From Pocillopora damicornis (lineage: Eukaryota), in assembly GCF_003704095.1 (NCBI RefSeq), contig NW_020843829.1, positions 1,488,001 through 1,552,000 on the forward strand: a stretch of 64,000 nt of DNA. The letters are read 5' to 3'. Below are positions 50,675 to 63,679 of the stretch, in pieces. The notes under the pieces are model-generated. The model was not told where the DNA came from. It made no database searches and saw only the letters and a program-made list of their open reading frames with translations. How positions within the stretch are numbered: the first letter of the stretch is position 1; the number at the start of each line of letters is the position of its first letter. The position numbers and the translations under genes are program-made.

Positions 50675-53600
50675 TTAAATGCGAAAGCTCTCCTTCTTTC
50701 CATCAATGTGCCTTAACCGCAAATACACATCTGTACCCAAGCCCTCCATGGACAGCAGGCGAAGTGATCCTCCAAGATACGTAGCATAAGCACGAGACGT
50801 AGGAAGACCGAAGCCCCATCCTGCCATGGGACCCCCACTAGGTGAACTGCTTGGGTGTCCTGCACACATTTCTGAGAGGATGTTGTCACTGTCTGAGGGC
50901 TTTATGGTGCTTCGGTCACCCATAGTGGTGAACGAATACTTGAAGATATCCTGGAGCTGGGACTCTGGGATGCCACCTCCACGATCAGAAATCCTGCAAA
51001 GTTAGACAAGTTTATTTATTGTCATGAAGGATCTTTTGGCTAAAGGGGCATAGTTGTCTAATTTTACCACAGCTCAAAGGTATTCAATACCACACAATGA
51101 TTAATGATTAAAAAACTAAGAACTTGATTGAAGTTTGATTTGGTTGCTATTCCAATCAACTGTTCTAATCTAAATTTTTCCCAAGTTAAGAAGTATCAAC
51201 CCAGTTTGCTAATCTTTTCCTTTGTCTCAGATAATGAATACTTAACTAAGAAAAATTACATTCAAACTGTTTGAAAACTTCAAAGCAAGATGCAATCTGA
51301 TCAACAACAGCTACAAAGGTGGATGCATGTTGAAGAAGTTGTTTTTACCTGACAAAGAATTCAGTATCATTGCTGCAGAGTGTGACTACGACATTGGGCA
51401 CTTCATTAGGTCTGTCTAAGTGAAATTCCACACTGGCCCTAGAATAAGTCAGCAAACACATTGAAGTTCTCCCATTCAGTTAACCTGTGTCTAGCAGTTA
51501 CAAGTATAGCAACCATACCATTACTATTACAAGAACAATTGAAAATGCTTATCAAAAAAGTACATAGGAAAAAAACTCAGATGAAAACCCAAAGAGCTTT
51601 CCTATTCTAAATAGATGCCTTTTTATTTGAGATTTGAGACAAACAAATATCAAACAATGGATGCAGATTATAAAAATTAGCATTAGAAAGGAAACCTTGG
51701 CTGGTCAATAGAAACTCACTAACCTCATAGCATTTTTCAAGAGTTCCTGAAGAATGTATTCAAGAGGTGCAGGAATGTGAGGAAAGATTGCTTTTGTGTG
51801 GCCATTGACAATAAGTCCTGGAGCTACACCATAAGTATGTTCACAAACTTGCCTATAAAACAAAACACAATATCTGCCATCCCACCTTCTTCTTTCGCCT
51901 TATTCCATTACATTGCTCATATAAACACATGAGTACCCACAGGGTTTCTGTTAAGTTTTAAAGTAACAATACAGATATCTTCTATCTGGATATTTTGAGT
52001 TGACAACTGAAGAAGCCAAAAAAATTTGCAGAATAACCCTGATCCAAGTGACTACTAACAAGAAGTACAAGGTCCCAGCTCTGACATTTTTTCATCTCAG
52101 CCCCAAGACAGCAAAAACTACCTTTTTTTTTCTTCAACAGTTTTTAGTGTCAACATCTTCTTGTCTTAAGTAAAAGCTAACTAAAGGCTGTGAATATTAA
52201 CACTGAAGTAATCACAAACATGACTGTACGCAATAAATTTTACCTGGCAAAGTCACCACTCCTCTCAACAATCTGTTTAAGGTTTAGGTGAGTACAAATA
52301 ATTCCAATGTAGTTTGGCTGTGACAGAAATCAAACATTCCACACATATTAAAATGTCATTAATTTTTATTCCATTTCCAGAAAGAGGGAAATTTTGCTTC
52401 TGCATAAGCAAACAATTGAAAAGCAAGGAGAGAAACCATTCTCAGGTTTGATATCATGATCCAAACCTAGACTACTGTATCACTTATGCTGCTTTGCAGC
52501 TAAATGTATGTAGGTTTTCTCATTTTCAGGAAGTTTTACAAGTTAGAATGAAAAGAATACCAGTAGATATCAAAATATGAATACATGTAAATTAAGTCTT
52601 AAGGGAACAATACAAAAACAGAACAAGCCAAAAGAGCAGTGCAATGATAAAATGAGACTTGAAACTTGCACAACAATGAACAAAGCACCACTACATGATT
52701 TTGTATTATCACAGGCTTCTTATCTCTACAGTTAAACCTAAAATACTTCACCTTGTCCATGCTTAGAGCAAGATGATGTTCTGCTAACATGCGGATTCCA
52801 AGCCTTGATGTCAGGGTACGATTTAAAAAGGCATCTATTATTTCATACTGCAATCATAAAAACATTGATGATAAGTTTTTATCTAGATATCCCTAAAAGA
52901 ACAAAGATGATAGTGAAATAAATCTTTTGAAAATTCTGACTTACTGGAACATTTTTCTGGCATTCATGGAATCCCTCTGCTAGGTGGGTGACAACACTTT
53001 GATGATCATCTAAGAGTTGTCTGATAGTACGACAATATCTTTCCTCTGCTTCAAGATTTTCCACCTATGAAATTAAGTAATAGACATGCTCATCGTACCA
53101 GAGTTGAAGCAAATGATACATCTACAAAAGGCAGCAAATATTTTATATCATGAACCCTCTATCCTTTAACCTCTCAGAGTGACTAGAACTTAATTTCTTC
53201 TTACGACACCACTGCTGTAATCCAACATCAAGGTCACCAGAATTATAGAAAAGATCATCAAGTAGAGACATTCTTGATTGTTTTGCAAATTCTCCTAGTC
53301 ATTACTATGAGGAGTGTATATGGATCAGAATCAAGAATATGCATAATAACATTGGGGAATGAAAGGTTAGTCTGATAACCAGAGTGACTACAAGCTAACT
53401 AGGGGTGCCTGAGGAAAAGTATATCAATAGCATTTTTTGTACTTCCTCTACTGATAACTTGCAGCTTTACTAACATGTCTCACAAATTAGTCCATTGAAA
53501 GAATAAAACATACCTTGGGAAATTTGTACAGCATACTAAAAGCTCTAAGATATAATTCATACTGAAATAAAAATGAAACAGATTCCAAATATTTAAAAGA

Positions 53601-56230
53601 AAACTAATGGGTGTTAAGTAAACGCAACTCATCTCAAGAAATGAACTAAAAGAAAAAGACAAAATTTAAAATCTTAAAAATGAACTAAATTATTCATAAC
53701 ATGATGCAAAACAAGCACATGTTAACATGATATCTATTTCTTAATCTGATCACAGTGCATGTAAATTCACCCAGTATATGGCCATCCTCCTTGTCAAGCT
53801 GCATCAAACTCTTCAAACTCAAGTTAAATGCCCATCATGGCTACAAAATCTAGTTTCTCTCCTAATCCACTGGATTTTAACATTGCTGTTATTCCTAATT
53901 CATATGTGATAAATAAATGATAAGAGCAATGTACAAAGTTCACCTACCATATCATGAATGACTGGATTGCACAGAGCAATGTGAGGCAGTTTTTGAAAGT
54001 CAACAACACGACGTGCAACCCGAATAGGTAACTCTTTTTGAAGAAACTGGGCACTTTTCTGACAAAACAAAATGTCACAAAATACAAAGTCAGATTAAAA
54101 AGCATTAATTGGGCTTAATTATATAACTGTTTTTAGTCCTTAATACACAGGTGTATCATAAGAAAACAAATTCACAACCAGGTGTTACTGAAAAAAAAAA
54201 TTAAAACAACTGAGTAACTACTACTGTTCTTTAACATAAACAAACTTTATCTCCACTTTTAAGGGAGCTGCTGATGCTATTAAAAATTCAAACATTACAT
54301 ATTTTCCACTTATCCATGGAAAAGATGCGGTTATTTCAAAATTTCTATCCACTGCATATTTTAAAACAGACTGAGGGAGGAGGCAATAGCTTTCATAGCT
54401 GCAAAGTAAACTTGAAAAATAACCGATAGATTTCCAAGGTAAAACTAAGAAATGCCAAGAGTTTGGGCTAGCACAGCAAATTAAATATTCTGTCTAAAAA
54501 TAACCTCTTCTTACATGAGTCATCACACTCAAACAATCTTCTTGAACAAGTTCCAATCCAGATAATTGCATACTGTTATTGATTTACTAGCATTCTTCTT
54601 GCTTGGCAAGAATTCATAATGTTCTGCACAAGTCATTTTGAGGATAAAACTGTAATAAACAAGTCTTGTCTGTAGCTATAAAGTACCAAAACATTTAAAG
54701 CCATCACATTACAAAAAAATAACTTTGCCTCAACAAATTGTTTTATGATAAGCAACCACTATATTTACTGGGATGAAAAATTAATGCTGAAAAAAATCAC
54801 TCTTTCCATGTTTGTGTCTTCTTGATTGAAAAACTTAGCATTACAAAGAGAAATTGATCTGCCTGATTTTCAAGAGCAGAATATATTTGTAACTTCAGGT
54901 TTACTTAAGAACAAACTTAAAATTGCTTTTTCTCAATTCAAAATGATTGAATTAGGAGCAGTCAAAATATTTAGAGGAAAGGTTGTAACTACAGCGAAAA
55001 CCAATGCAAGCAGTTATTCAAGATTTTCATAGCAAAGCCAAACAGAAAGTAATTTGCATGCCTTTTCTTATTATGCAAAAATGTAATGAATAGTTAGTCA
55101 AAACAATCATGGGGTACAATATTTTTTAAAAAATTTAAAACTACCTATCTGAATAAAAGGATGATTTTGGGTATATTGGTTACTTGTCATCCCTCAGGTG
55201 GAAAATTAATCACAGCTTTTATTCCAGACTCTTTCCTGTGTACCAGGTGATAAAGCATTGTCTGACTGTCACTTACAACATGTTTTTTTGCTTAGGGGCA
55301 TTCACCAGTGCATAGAGCATAGCTGTTTTTAAATCTCCAATTCCCATAAACAGAAGGAAACATGTTTTATTTTTTTCTAAAGTACTAAAGAGTACAAACC
55401 CTGCTATCTTTGATAAGACCAATTTTAATGTATGTTGTTGTACTTTGGTTAAAGAGAAGCCTGCTGGGTGTAAAACTATCCCACAAAGGGTGATTTTATT
55501 TACAGTGCATCATCATACTCTCTTTCTGAGTTACAATAAAATGGCAATGGGTGACGCATGAGCAACAAAACATACAATTTCCTCTTGTAAAATAACTAAA
55601 AAAGGAAAATATCACTTTTATGTTAATACATAGGATCCATTTAACCGTGTGAATACCTTAAAAAATTTAGACATGTCCATACAAGAAAAAGCATATTAGA
55701 TTTAAACGAGCCTAGTATAATGTAAAATTCTTGATCTCTGGAGAAAGCTACAAGTTACTTTTATCTTACTAGTAAGTGGGTTCCATCTTTGAATCTTCCG
55801 GCCCAAAGCATTTGGAACGGGGTCAGGCGAATCGATGGCTGAAAAAAAGATCACTTATTGAATACACCTTCCGTCCACAAAACCACAAACGATGTTTTAA
55901 CGACAGCTTTAAATATTATATTTTAACTTAAGGTCGTCTTTCGTGAAGATGACAGAATGGTAAAAGATTATTCATCTCGTCAAACTAAATTAAAAAAACG
56001 CCAGTTCAGATCAACTTCAGTGAAAGCCTCATCACAACTACTTTAGAATTCAAACAAACCTTCGCAGACGCTTCGTCCAAAGTTTGTTGTTTCACGTAAG
56101 ACCAAGCTTGTGTTTGGGAGCCAAAAACCGAAGCATTGCATCTTATTTGCGTTACGCTACTCCGGCAGATCCACCGACAGTTCGGATTCAGCCACGATTC
56201 GAAGGACAGATTCGTGAATAGCCGACTCAT
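50675..56230 (-). CDS. BCKDK: Branched-chain alpha-ketoacid dehydrogenase kinase, mitochondrial; 10 exons, ~408 aa
   Basis: Exons 56230-56060, 55838-55770, 54058-53948, 53561-53514, 53064-52945, 52847-52752, 52317-52244, 51852-51724, 51438-51349, 50993-50675 (1227 nt). Motifs [47 protein letters not shown], and C-terminal [15 protein letters not shown]. The Arg/Ser-rich N-terminus fits a mitochondrial presequence. Confidence 0.96.
53160..53370 (+). mobile_element. TTAA-type MITE, family 1, degenerate
   Basis: CTTTAACCTCTCAGAGTGACTAG..TAATTTCTTCTTAC...GAATATGCATA...GAAAGGTTAG in a BCKDK intron. Confidence 0.7.
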
Positions 56231-56960
56231 GATAAGAGGATAAGTTGGCTATCGGGGAATTTCAAAACAACCTTGTGACCGCGTGCAGTATGAACGTGTT
56301 CCTTGTACACAACAGCGAGAAATCGAGACTGTAAAGTCCTTTGATGGTTGTTGTTAAAATGATCCGTTATCTATCCATTTCTCTCTCGCACGGAAATCGA
56401 TCCGTATGGTTGACGTACTGCAAAATCCAGAAAGGTAATAGAAAAAACACTTTTTCACCGGTATAGAATGCACTTGATCTATTTCGGTGACTACATTTTC
56501 GTTTGTCTACGCCTCAGGGTTTTCGTGAGACTTCTTTACTTTATTTACACGCAACGAAAGCGCGGTCTCAGGCGCGCTAGCCAATTAGATTGACGTAACT
56601 GGAGACATGTGAAGAACACGTGTTATATCACAGCGTGACATGGAAAGAAGAGCTTTTTATCATATTCCCGTATAATTTTTGTGTATAGTATGACTATTTC
56701 AGTTTTCCAGCTGAAAAACTAAGGCGTAGGGTTGTATTAGAAAATTAGCTATGCGATGTAAAATCCCTTGAGCAAACAGGCCTATACGTGATGTCATGCT
56801 AGCTGCACAAACTAGGAACTTCGAATGTCTGAATGGACTCCCCCGATGGGCCAATTCGTATCTTTAGATTTTTTTAATCAAAAAATGTCGTCACGATAGT
56901 AACAAACTTAAATTCAAAGTCATTATTTCTTCAGAAGAGTGGTCGGCACTAATATGTCTA

Positions 56961-57696
56961 AACATAGTTATCAAAGCGGCCGACAAAGGCAGCGCAGTCG
57001 TTATTTGGCGGGCCAACCTCTACCAAGGAGAAGCTTTACGGCAACTTTCTGACGAGGATCTCACTTTCATCAACCAAACTATTGTCAAAAACACGATTTA
57101 CGATCTTATAACTGAACAAGAATTGCCGGCCACTATAAAAAGTCACACCACCATCACTCCTAAAACTTCGTGTATTCACTTTTTACCTAGAATACACAAA
57201 CCTAACAACCCAGGTCGACCCATCGTCTCTGGCTGTGGTTGTCCCACTAAACTTATCTCCAGATATTAAGACAAAATTATGGCACCTATCGTCAACACGA
57301 TATCAGACGATTCAGAGACTGGTGCTATCTTTTCGCAACCTCCTCTGATTTCCATTCAAATGCGACAAAAACCGGCACAGGCAACTTTTTGGTCAGAAGT
57401 TCATTTCAAACTAATGACCAACTTGGAACTTTCAAATACGCTCGCTCACGATGCAAAAGTTGTCCTCTCATTCACAACGAGGAGAAAATTTCGGAACCCA
57501 AGAGATCCATCAAGATCACTGATCATTTTACGTGCACCTCCGCCAATGTCATACACCGTATAACTTGCACTTATTGCAAAAAGTTAAGCCTAAGCAGAAA
57601 GTTATACATTGGTGAAACAGGAAGTCCGGGAACACCATCGCGACTTAGAAACAAATGACAAGGACCCATTCAAACTAGTCGCTAGACACTTTAATT
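56961..57696 (+). mobile_element. Penelope-like retroelement remnant (RT N-terminal part plus GIY-YIG endonuclease; RT core deleted)
   Basis: Translates to IVIKAADKGSAVVIW...LPRIHKPNNPGRPIVSGCGCPT, then jumps to IFSQPPLIS, RCKSCP, FTCTSANVIHRITCTYCKK and LYIGETG. Contains stops and frameshifts. Confidence 0.9.
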
Positions 57697-57720
57697 TAAC
57701 CCTAACCCTAACCCTAACCC
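57697..57720. repeat. Short interstitial telomere-like repeat (TAACCC)4
   Basis: Four exact TAACCC units (TTAGGG-type on the minus strand). Confidence 0.85.
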
Positions 57721-58423
57721 ATCAAGAACTTACAGGATTACAGGAAAAAAACATATTTTAACATATTACTTTTTTTCTAGGGTGGGGAGAGGGGAGATGG
57801 CTGGTCGTACGTAACTCTACTCAGAAGACCAACAGAAAAAAACGAATGAAAAAGGGAAACCCAATCAAAGTTACTATGAGACAATGTAAAAACACATATG
57901 GGGAAAGAAGAATGGAGAGAGTTACCTACATAGGCCAACATTTCTTTCATAAATAGGATTTTTTTTACGTCGGCTGGGAGAGTTGGTTGAGAACATATAC
58001 TGTTCATGCCCGTCTTGACCACTGAGAAATAAGGGAGATAGAGAAACGTGTTCAACCTTGTCAACATCAAGAGGGATTTGTTTGACGAGGCCAAAGCCTT
58101 CGTTTGCGCAGTAATATGTTTAAATTTATTTCGTTTAGAAAATTAATCAGTACAGGACGTGGAAGCTTTTTTCTATTTTCTTTTGTTTGTTTGTTTGGGT
58201 TTTTCTCTTTGGCCATGTCACATTAATTTTGAAACGTCGCTAGTAATGGCACTTCACTTTGGCATATACCACACTTATGTATGATCCGCTGAACATGAGC
58301 CGTGTAAGAGTTATTTCGGGAAGCTGGTATTTAACCAAGACAACTCGATAACTACATATTTTTGTGCGAAGGTCCGTCACACCTCCCAGGGAAACCTTTG
58401 AGAGGCTCAATTGTTGAAGGAGA

Positions 58424-61400
58424 ATGTCTGGAGAGGCAACCCATCATATGACTGTGCATGGATCGCCGACAAAATACGTTAAATTGAATGTCGGAGGGTC
58501 TCTCCATTACACGACTATCGGAACACTCACCAAGCAAGACAGCATGTTGAGAGCCATGTTTAGTGGTAGACTGGAGGTTTTGACAGATACTGAAGGTATG
58601 CTTTATTTTAAGATATTAATATTTGGAATAAAAACAGTTGTCAGCCATAATTTCAGTCTTGCTGCCAGAGATAAACGAAGCTAATGAACTATTATTTGCT
58701 ATTTGGACTGTACAATAACACCGACATTTGGTTGCGGCGTAGAATTAATGATCGAGAAACGCAATAATTTCTGCATTCGTACTCTCACACTATATACATA
58801 GAGATAAATCACCAAATAAGGTATTTTAAAAAGAGAATCTCACACTCTGCTCATTATTATTTCATTACTGTCTGTATGATTTCCCACTAAAATGTGTCAC
58901 GAATGTAGCGTCCATGTTTACAATGCTTGATTTAGGTGTGAATGAAATGTCTTTCAAACGGTTTGATTTGGTTTTGTGTTGTTTGTCACAAAAAGAAACC
59001 ATTTATATAAATGCATACATTCATACATTCATAAATATCTGATGCTCAAAAACAGTACACTGTCTAAAGTTGCGTACATTGCTGGAAAGGAAAGGAAAGT
59101 AGAAGGAAAAAAAATTAAATCAGAAAGACTTAAATATAGAGGGGTATTTGAGGGAAGTGCCTTGAACTTCACACCAAGGAAGTCCTCAAAAGTTGATAGT
59201 TATATTTCAAGTTCTTGTTCAGAAGTAAGGGGAAATTATTCAAGTAGGAAATACTCCATTACTAAAAAAGCCTATGGCTTACACTGATACAGAAACACCA
59301 GGTTACTAAGCTAACAGTGTTGTCTTTTTCAGCAAGTGGTGTCTTTAAGCCCACCATAATTTTATCCACCAATTTCAGTTGGTGAATTTGGTTCAGGGAT
59401 TGGGGAATCGAAAAGGGAAACATACATATGTAAACTCATATACAAAAAGTTTATATTCTATGAAATTTATAAATAAGAAAAGATGAGGTTTTAAAGTAAT
59501 GCAGATTTGAGGGATTTGCTTACTTCTTTTCAGTCTCTCCTTTGGCATCCTTTTTTCCTTTCTGGTGATTGAGGTAAAACAGTTTGCCTTAAAAAACAAA
59601 ACATTTACCCTTCTTGTGATTAGTTAATTGTAATGAAACAAACTAAGATTCTTTTGTTTGAAACTTGCTTGGGCTCAAAAGCTTTCAATGGCTTGGTGGA
59701 AGTTGCTTTAGACAAAATGTTCATATGTGTATTACTGATGTTTTGTGGGGATATTAGTCCCAACAGGTTCTTAAAGTTCCTTTATATTTGTGGAGAAAAC
59801 TGGGGCAACGCCTGTTTGTGATGGAAATCTCATAACTTTGGAAATGCAATCATATTTTTGAGATGATTGTTATATGGTAAATGGATAATGCCAAATGTAT
59901 TCTACTTTTCATTGTTTAGGCTGGATTCTTATTGATCGCTGTGGAAAACATTTTTCTCTTATCCTAAACTTCTTGCGCGATGGAACTGTACCATTACCAC
60001 AAAATGAAGTGGAGTTGCAAGAAATCTTGATTGAGGCCAAGTATTACTTGATTGAGCAACTAGTTGAACAGTGTGAAAAAGCACTTGAAAAGAAAAAGGA
60101 AGAACATGACCCTATCTGCCGTGTTCCACTCATAACCTCATCCAAAGAGGAAAGACAACTTGTCACTGGTAAAAAGGTCTGTAAAAAGTTTAGTCTTGGT
60201 ATTTAACCCTGCCACCCTTAACCCTTTAACTCCCAGAAGTGATCAATATGAAACGTCTCCCAATAATATCCTTACATTATCCTGCAAACAGTTAGTGAGA
60301 ATATTCAAACTCATCAGGTGGAAGTTGTTGTCTTGATCTAACACCAAATTCTCATAACTGATTTACAAGGATATGTGTAGCAGCTAGAGGGGGGAATTAC
60401 CAATCTAATCTTGGGGATTAAAGGGTTAAGAGTGATCAGTGTCTAATTTCTCCTTACAATTTCACCCATGAATCACACAGTAAGACCACAAGAATAATTG
60501 AATTGATCACCAACCAAAGAAAGTCTTGTTTGATAAACAAGTTAGCACTTAAGGAAATGTATGAAGAACAGTATGGGGAATATGCATGCTGCTGTTGGGG
60601 CGTAAAAGGTTCATTGCAGTCCACTTGTGGGATCATTTCATCCCATGTTATCATCCTTCGGTAAAAAATTTTAATGAGATAATTGAATTGTTAAACTGAA
60701 CAGGCTTTTTCATCTCGTGACACCAAAGAGTATCTTGAAGTGAAAAATTTGACCAAATGTATTTGTTGTTACTTGACATTCTCAGCTAAAAATCATCACA
60801 ATGTGTTGGTTGATATATTAACTGAAACATGTGAAGGTAGTGTTAATTTTATCCCTTTCTCTACAGCCTGTGGTGAAGCTGTCATATAACAGATCAAATA
60901 ACAAATATTCGTATACTGGGTAAGTTTCAAACTTGTCATTACCAGTGGCAATGGAAAAGTTCTTACAATGTAGATCTTCAGAGAAATTCTTATCTGTGTA
61001 CTTTAGGGTTGCACATCTAGGTGACCTTACTTGCTTTTTAAATGAGAAACATTTTTGTAACAGCTCAGTTTTTCCCTTAGTATTTACCCTCATTAAAAAA
61101 CATGAGAAGCTAAACGTTCCCTCCCCCCTCCCCACTTTGTTTATTACGCAAATCCCCTGTTTATTAGTGTCGCGTGATGTAGCGTATCTCGACCGAAAAG
61201 GAAACTAGCAAATGATGACATCTCTTGTTTTTATTTTTCTTTTGTTTTATTGTGGTCATAAACAGTCAATCAGATGATAACTTGCTGAAAAATATTGAAC
61301 TCTTCGACAAGCTGTCGCTTCGATTCAATGGACGAATTCTATTTATCAAGGACTTGATCGGAAATAGCGAAATCTGCTGTTGGACATTCTACGGAAACGG

Positions 61401-61644
61401 GAAAAAGCTTGCTGAGGTGTGCTGCACGTCAATTGTCTATGCCACAGAAAAACCGCAGACAAAAGTCGAGTTTCCGGACTCAAGAATTTACGAGGAGTCC
61501 CTGAACGTTCTTTTGTACGAGCATAGAGGAAATGGAAACTTTCCCGATGCTGAACTACTCAGTGCAACTCGTAGAGCCGTCGGACCACGAGTTATTCCAG
61601 AAAATGACGACGATTCGTCAAGAAAACAAGACAAAAACCGTTAA
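58424..61644 (+). CDS. KCTD10: BTB/POZ adapter for CUL3-mediated RhoA degradation (KCTD10/KCTD13/TNFAIP1 family); 4 exons, ~286 aa
   Basis: Exons 58424-58595, 59920-60176, 60867-60919, 61266-61644 (861 nt). Motifs [71 protein letters not shown]-binding QTKVEFP. Probably co-orthologous to all three vertebrate paralogues. Confidence 0.93.
60203..60613 (+). mobile_element. Family 1 MITE interrupted by a family 2 MITE (60218-60429) inserted at TTAA
   Basis: Outer TTAACCCTGCCACCC[TTAA CCCTTTAA...TTAAAGGG TTAA]GAGTGATCAG..CTAATTTCTCCTTACAAT...AAAAGGTTCA. Confidence 0.88.
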
Positions 61645-63256
61645 ATAAAGAAGCTAGTCGACTATTCTGCAGTTTTCAACTGCAGAAACTTGATTTTTTA
61701 CTACGCTGGTCTGCATGTTTATCAGAATCCGTAATTTTAAACGTGCCAACGTTTAGCAACGCGAATTCAACATGTGCCTTTATTGGATTTTTCCGTTTCT
61801 TTTGGTAAACAAACATTGAAGAATTAGTCTCTTACAAAACACACATGTTTTGGTTATATCAGATGGATAACAGACGCATTGCTCTCTCAGGAAAGCGTAT
61901 AATCAATGCCTTTAGATTAGTAAATAGTGCGATGTTCTTGTGTATCTGTTTGTCATATTGTCTGTTATTGTCTAGTTGTTAAGGAAACCACAGAGGGGCT
62001 AGACTACCTGGGATTAAAAGGCTTCCCATGCCTTACGAAATACCATGCATTTCAACCCAGGTTCTCAGTCAACAATCTTTTCGTTCTATTTTGACGAACT
62101 AGAACAAAATTCGCGGAAGTTAAGAATTGGATATAGTTGCAGTCTGTAGGCCCCCTCCAGGTTTCTAAGTATTTATATCCTGCTTTAATCCAAATGGTAA
62201 GAGATATATTTCAGGAAAAGGTCGAGAAAAACCTTACTCCCCGTGGTATTTAATCGTAATAGGAAAGTGGCTGATTTTTAACCGCCAACTGAGATTAGAA
62301 CGATTACAACAATTCAGGTTTACTTATATCAGTCTATTAGCGGGATGGAAATGAAACACGAGTTTAAACCAGTTTGTCGACTATTGTTGGAGTAGATATG
62401 CCATTATTAACAATATGAGTGTGGTATCAGGACTGATTGGTTTAACTCGAGCAGTTTTGCTTAAATCAAGCCGAGGAAATTTGTGTTTGAATTACAATTA
62501 GAGGAAGAATCAAAGCCACTCGTCACAGCCCTGGTCTTATCCCGGGGTGAGTTGTATGGTTTTGGTGGGACATATGATTGGTTGGGTTAGTATCATTTTA
62601 CGGCTTTGTTCTTTGCAGGAAGAGTTGGGTTAAAAACTATTTGTAGACTAAATAACAGTGTAAACTTAGCCGGGACTTCTGAAAAGCATAAGGTGGCTGT
62701 AAATACTTTTCATTGAGGACTGTTTTCTTGTGCATGCAAGTACGTTTCCTTTGCTGGCTGCGTATGTGGATATCGAGAGTTAGATCGGTCGATGATTAAA
62801 GAAATGTTTTTAAAGATTTTGCATCTACGTAGCCCGTCCTTCTTGAAAACACAACCACACTAATAAAAGGGGAAGAAGGATTTAGCAAAGATTTTCCGCC
62901 GAGATTACACGTGGATGTAAATTTAAACAATTGTGACTGGATAAATGGGGTAAATCGTGGCCAGATTCACTCTAACGTCCTGTGAAACATCACTTTGTAT
63001 AATCCCTTACCTGTGTGACGACACTTGCCTAGGCATGGGAGACCTGTTTGGCTTCAACTTTAGTGCAGTCACCCCCTCTCCCCGCCGAAAAAAAATTCAT
63101 CAAGAGGGACTAGAGGCTGGGTGTTGACAGGAAAGGGTACTTTGAGTAGGACTAAGAATATGCACGGAAACTCAGCCCCATAGCCTCTCGTCTGAAGAAA
63201 GCGTTTCCACCGCGTTCAACCCGCGTGGTATTCTGGGATATTGTTTTCGAACAAAC

Positions 63257-63609
63257 ATGGCGGACGGCCCGGCTGGGTTTCACTTCGATGAGCTAAACAA
63301 AGTTCGGGTTTTAGAGCCTGAAATTAGTCAGCAAACGCAAGAACTCAAGGAAGAATGTAAAGAATTTGTTGACAGTAAGTTCACTCATTTTATGATGGGC
63401 ACTGTTTGGTGCAAAGTGAATTGTTTTGCTACAGACTTGCTATTGCTAAATTTATTGATTGCTTTTGCGGCCTCTAGCAACCGCCGCAATTTTTAAGGCT
63501 GATTAATCTTTTCATCCCTTTAGAAATTGGAGAGTTTCAAAAAATAGTGGGAGGATTTATCGATATGGTTGATGCTTTAGCTAAAGAGGTCGAGAAGGAG
63601 AAAATGAAG
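63257..63609 (+). CDS. IFT20: Intraflagellar transport protein 20, first two coding exons (gene continues beyond the window)
   Basis: Exons 63257-63374 and 63524-63609 give [68 protein letters not shown], matching the IFT20 N-terminus. Confidence 0.95.
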
Positions 63610-63665
63610 GTATGATTTGCTCTTCCTTGATGTCTTATTGTTTACATGATCAAAACACCGAGCAA

Positions 63666-63679
63666 GTCACCTTGGCGAC
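63666..63679. promoter_or_regulatory. Candidate RFX X-box in IFT20 intron 2
   Basis: GTCACCTTGGCGAC fits the 14-bp imperfect palindromic X-box consensus. Confidence 0.3.
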
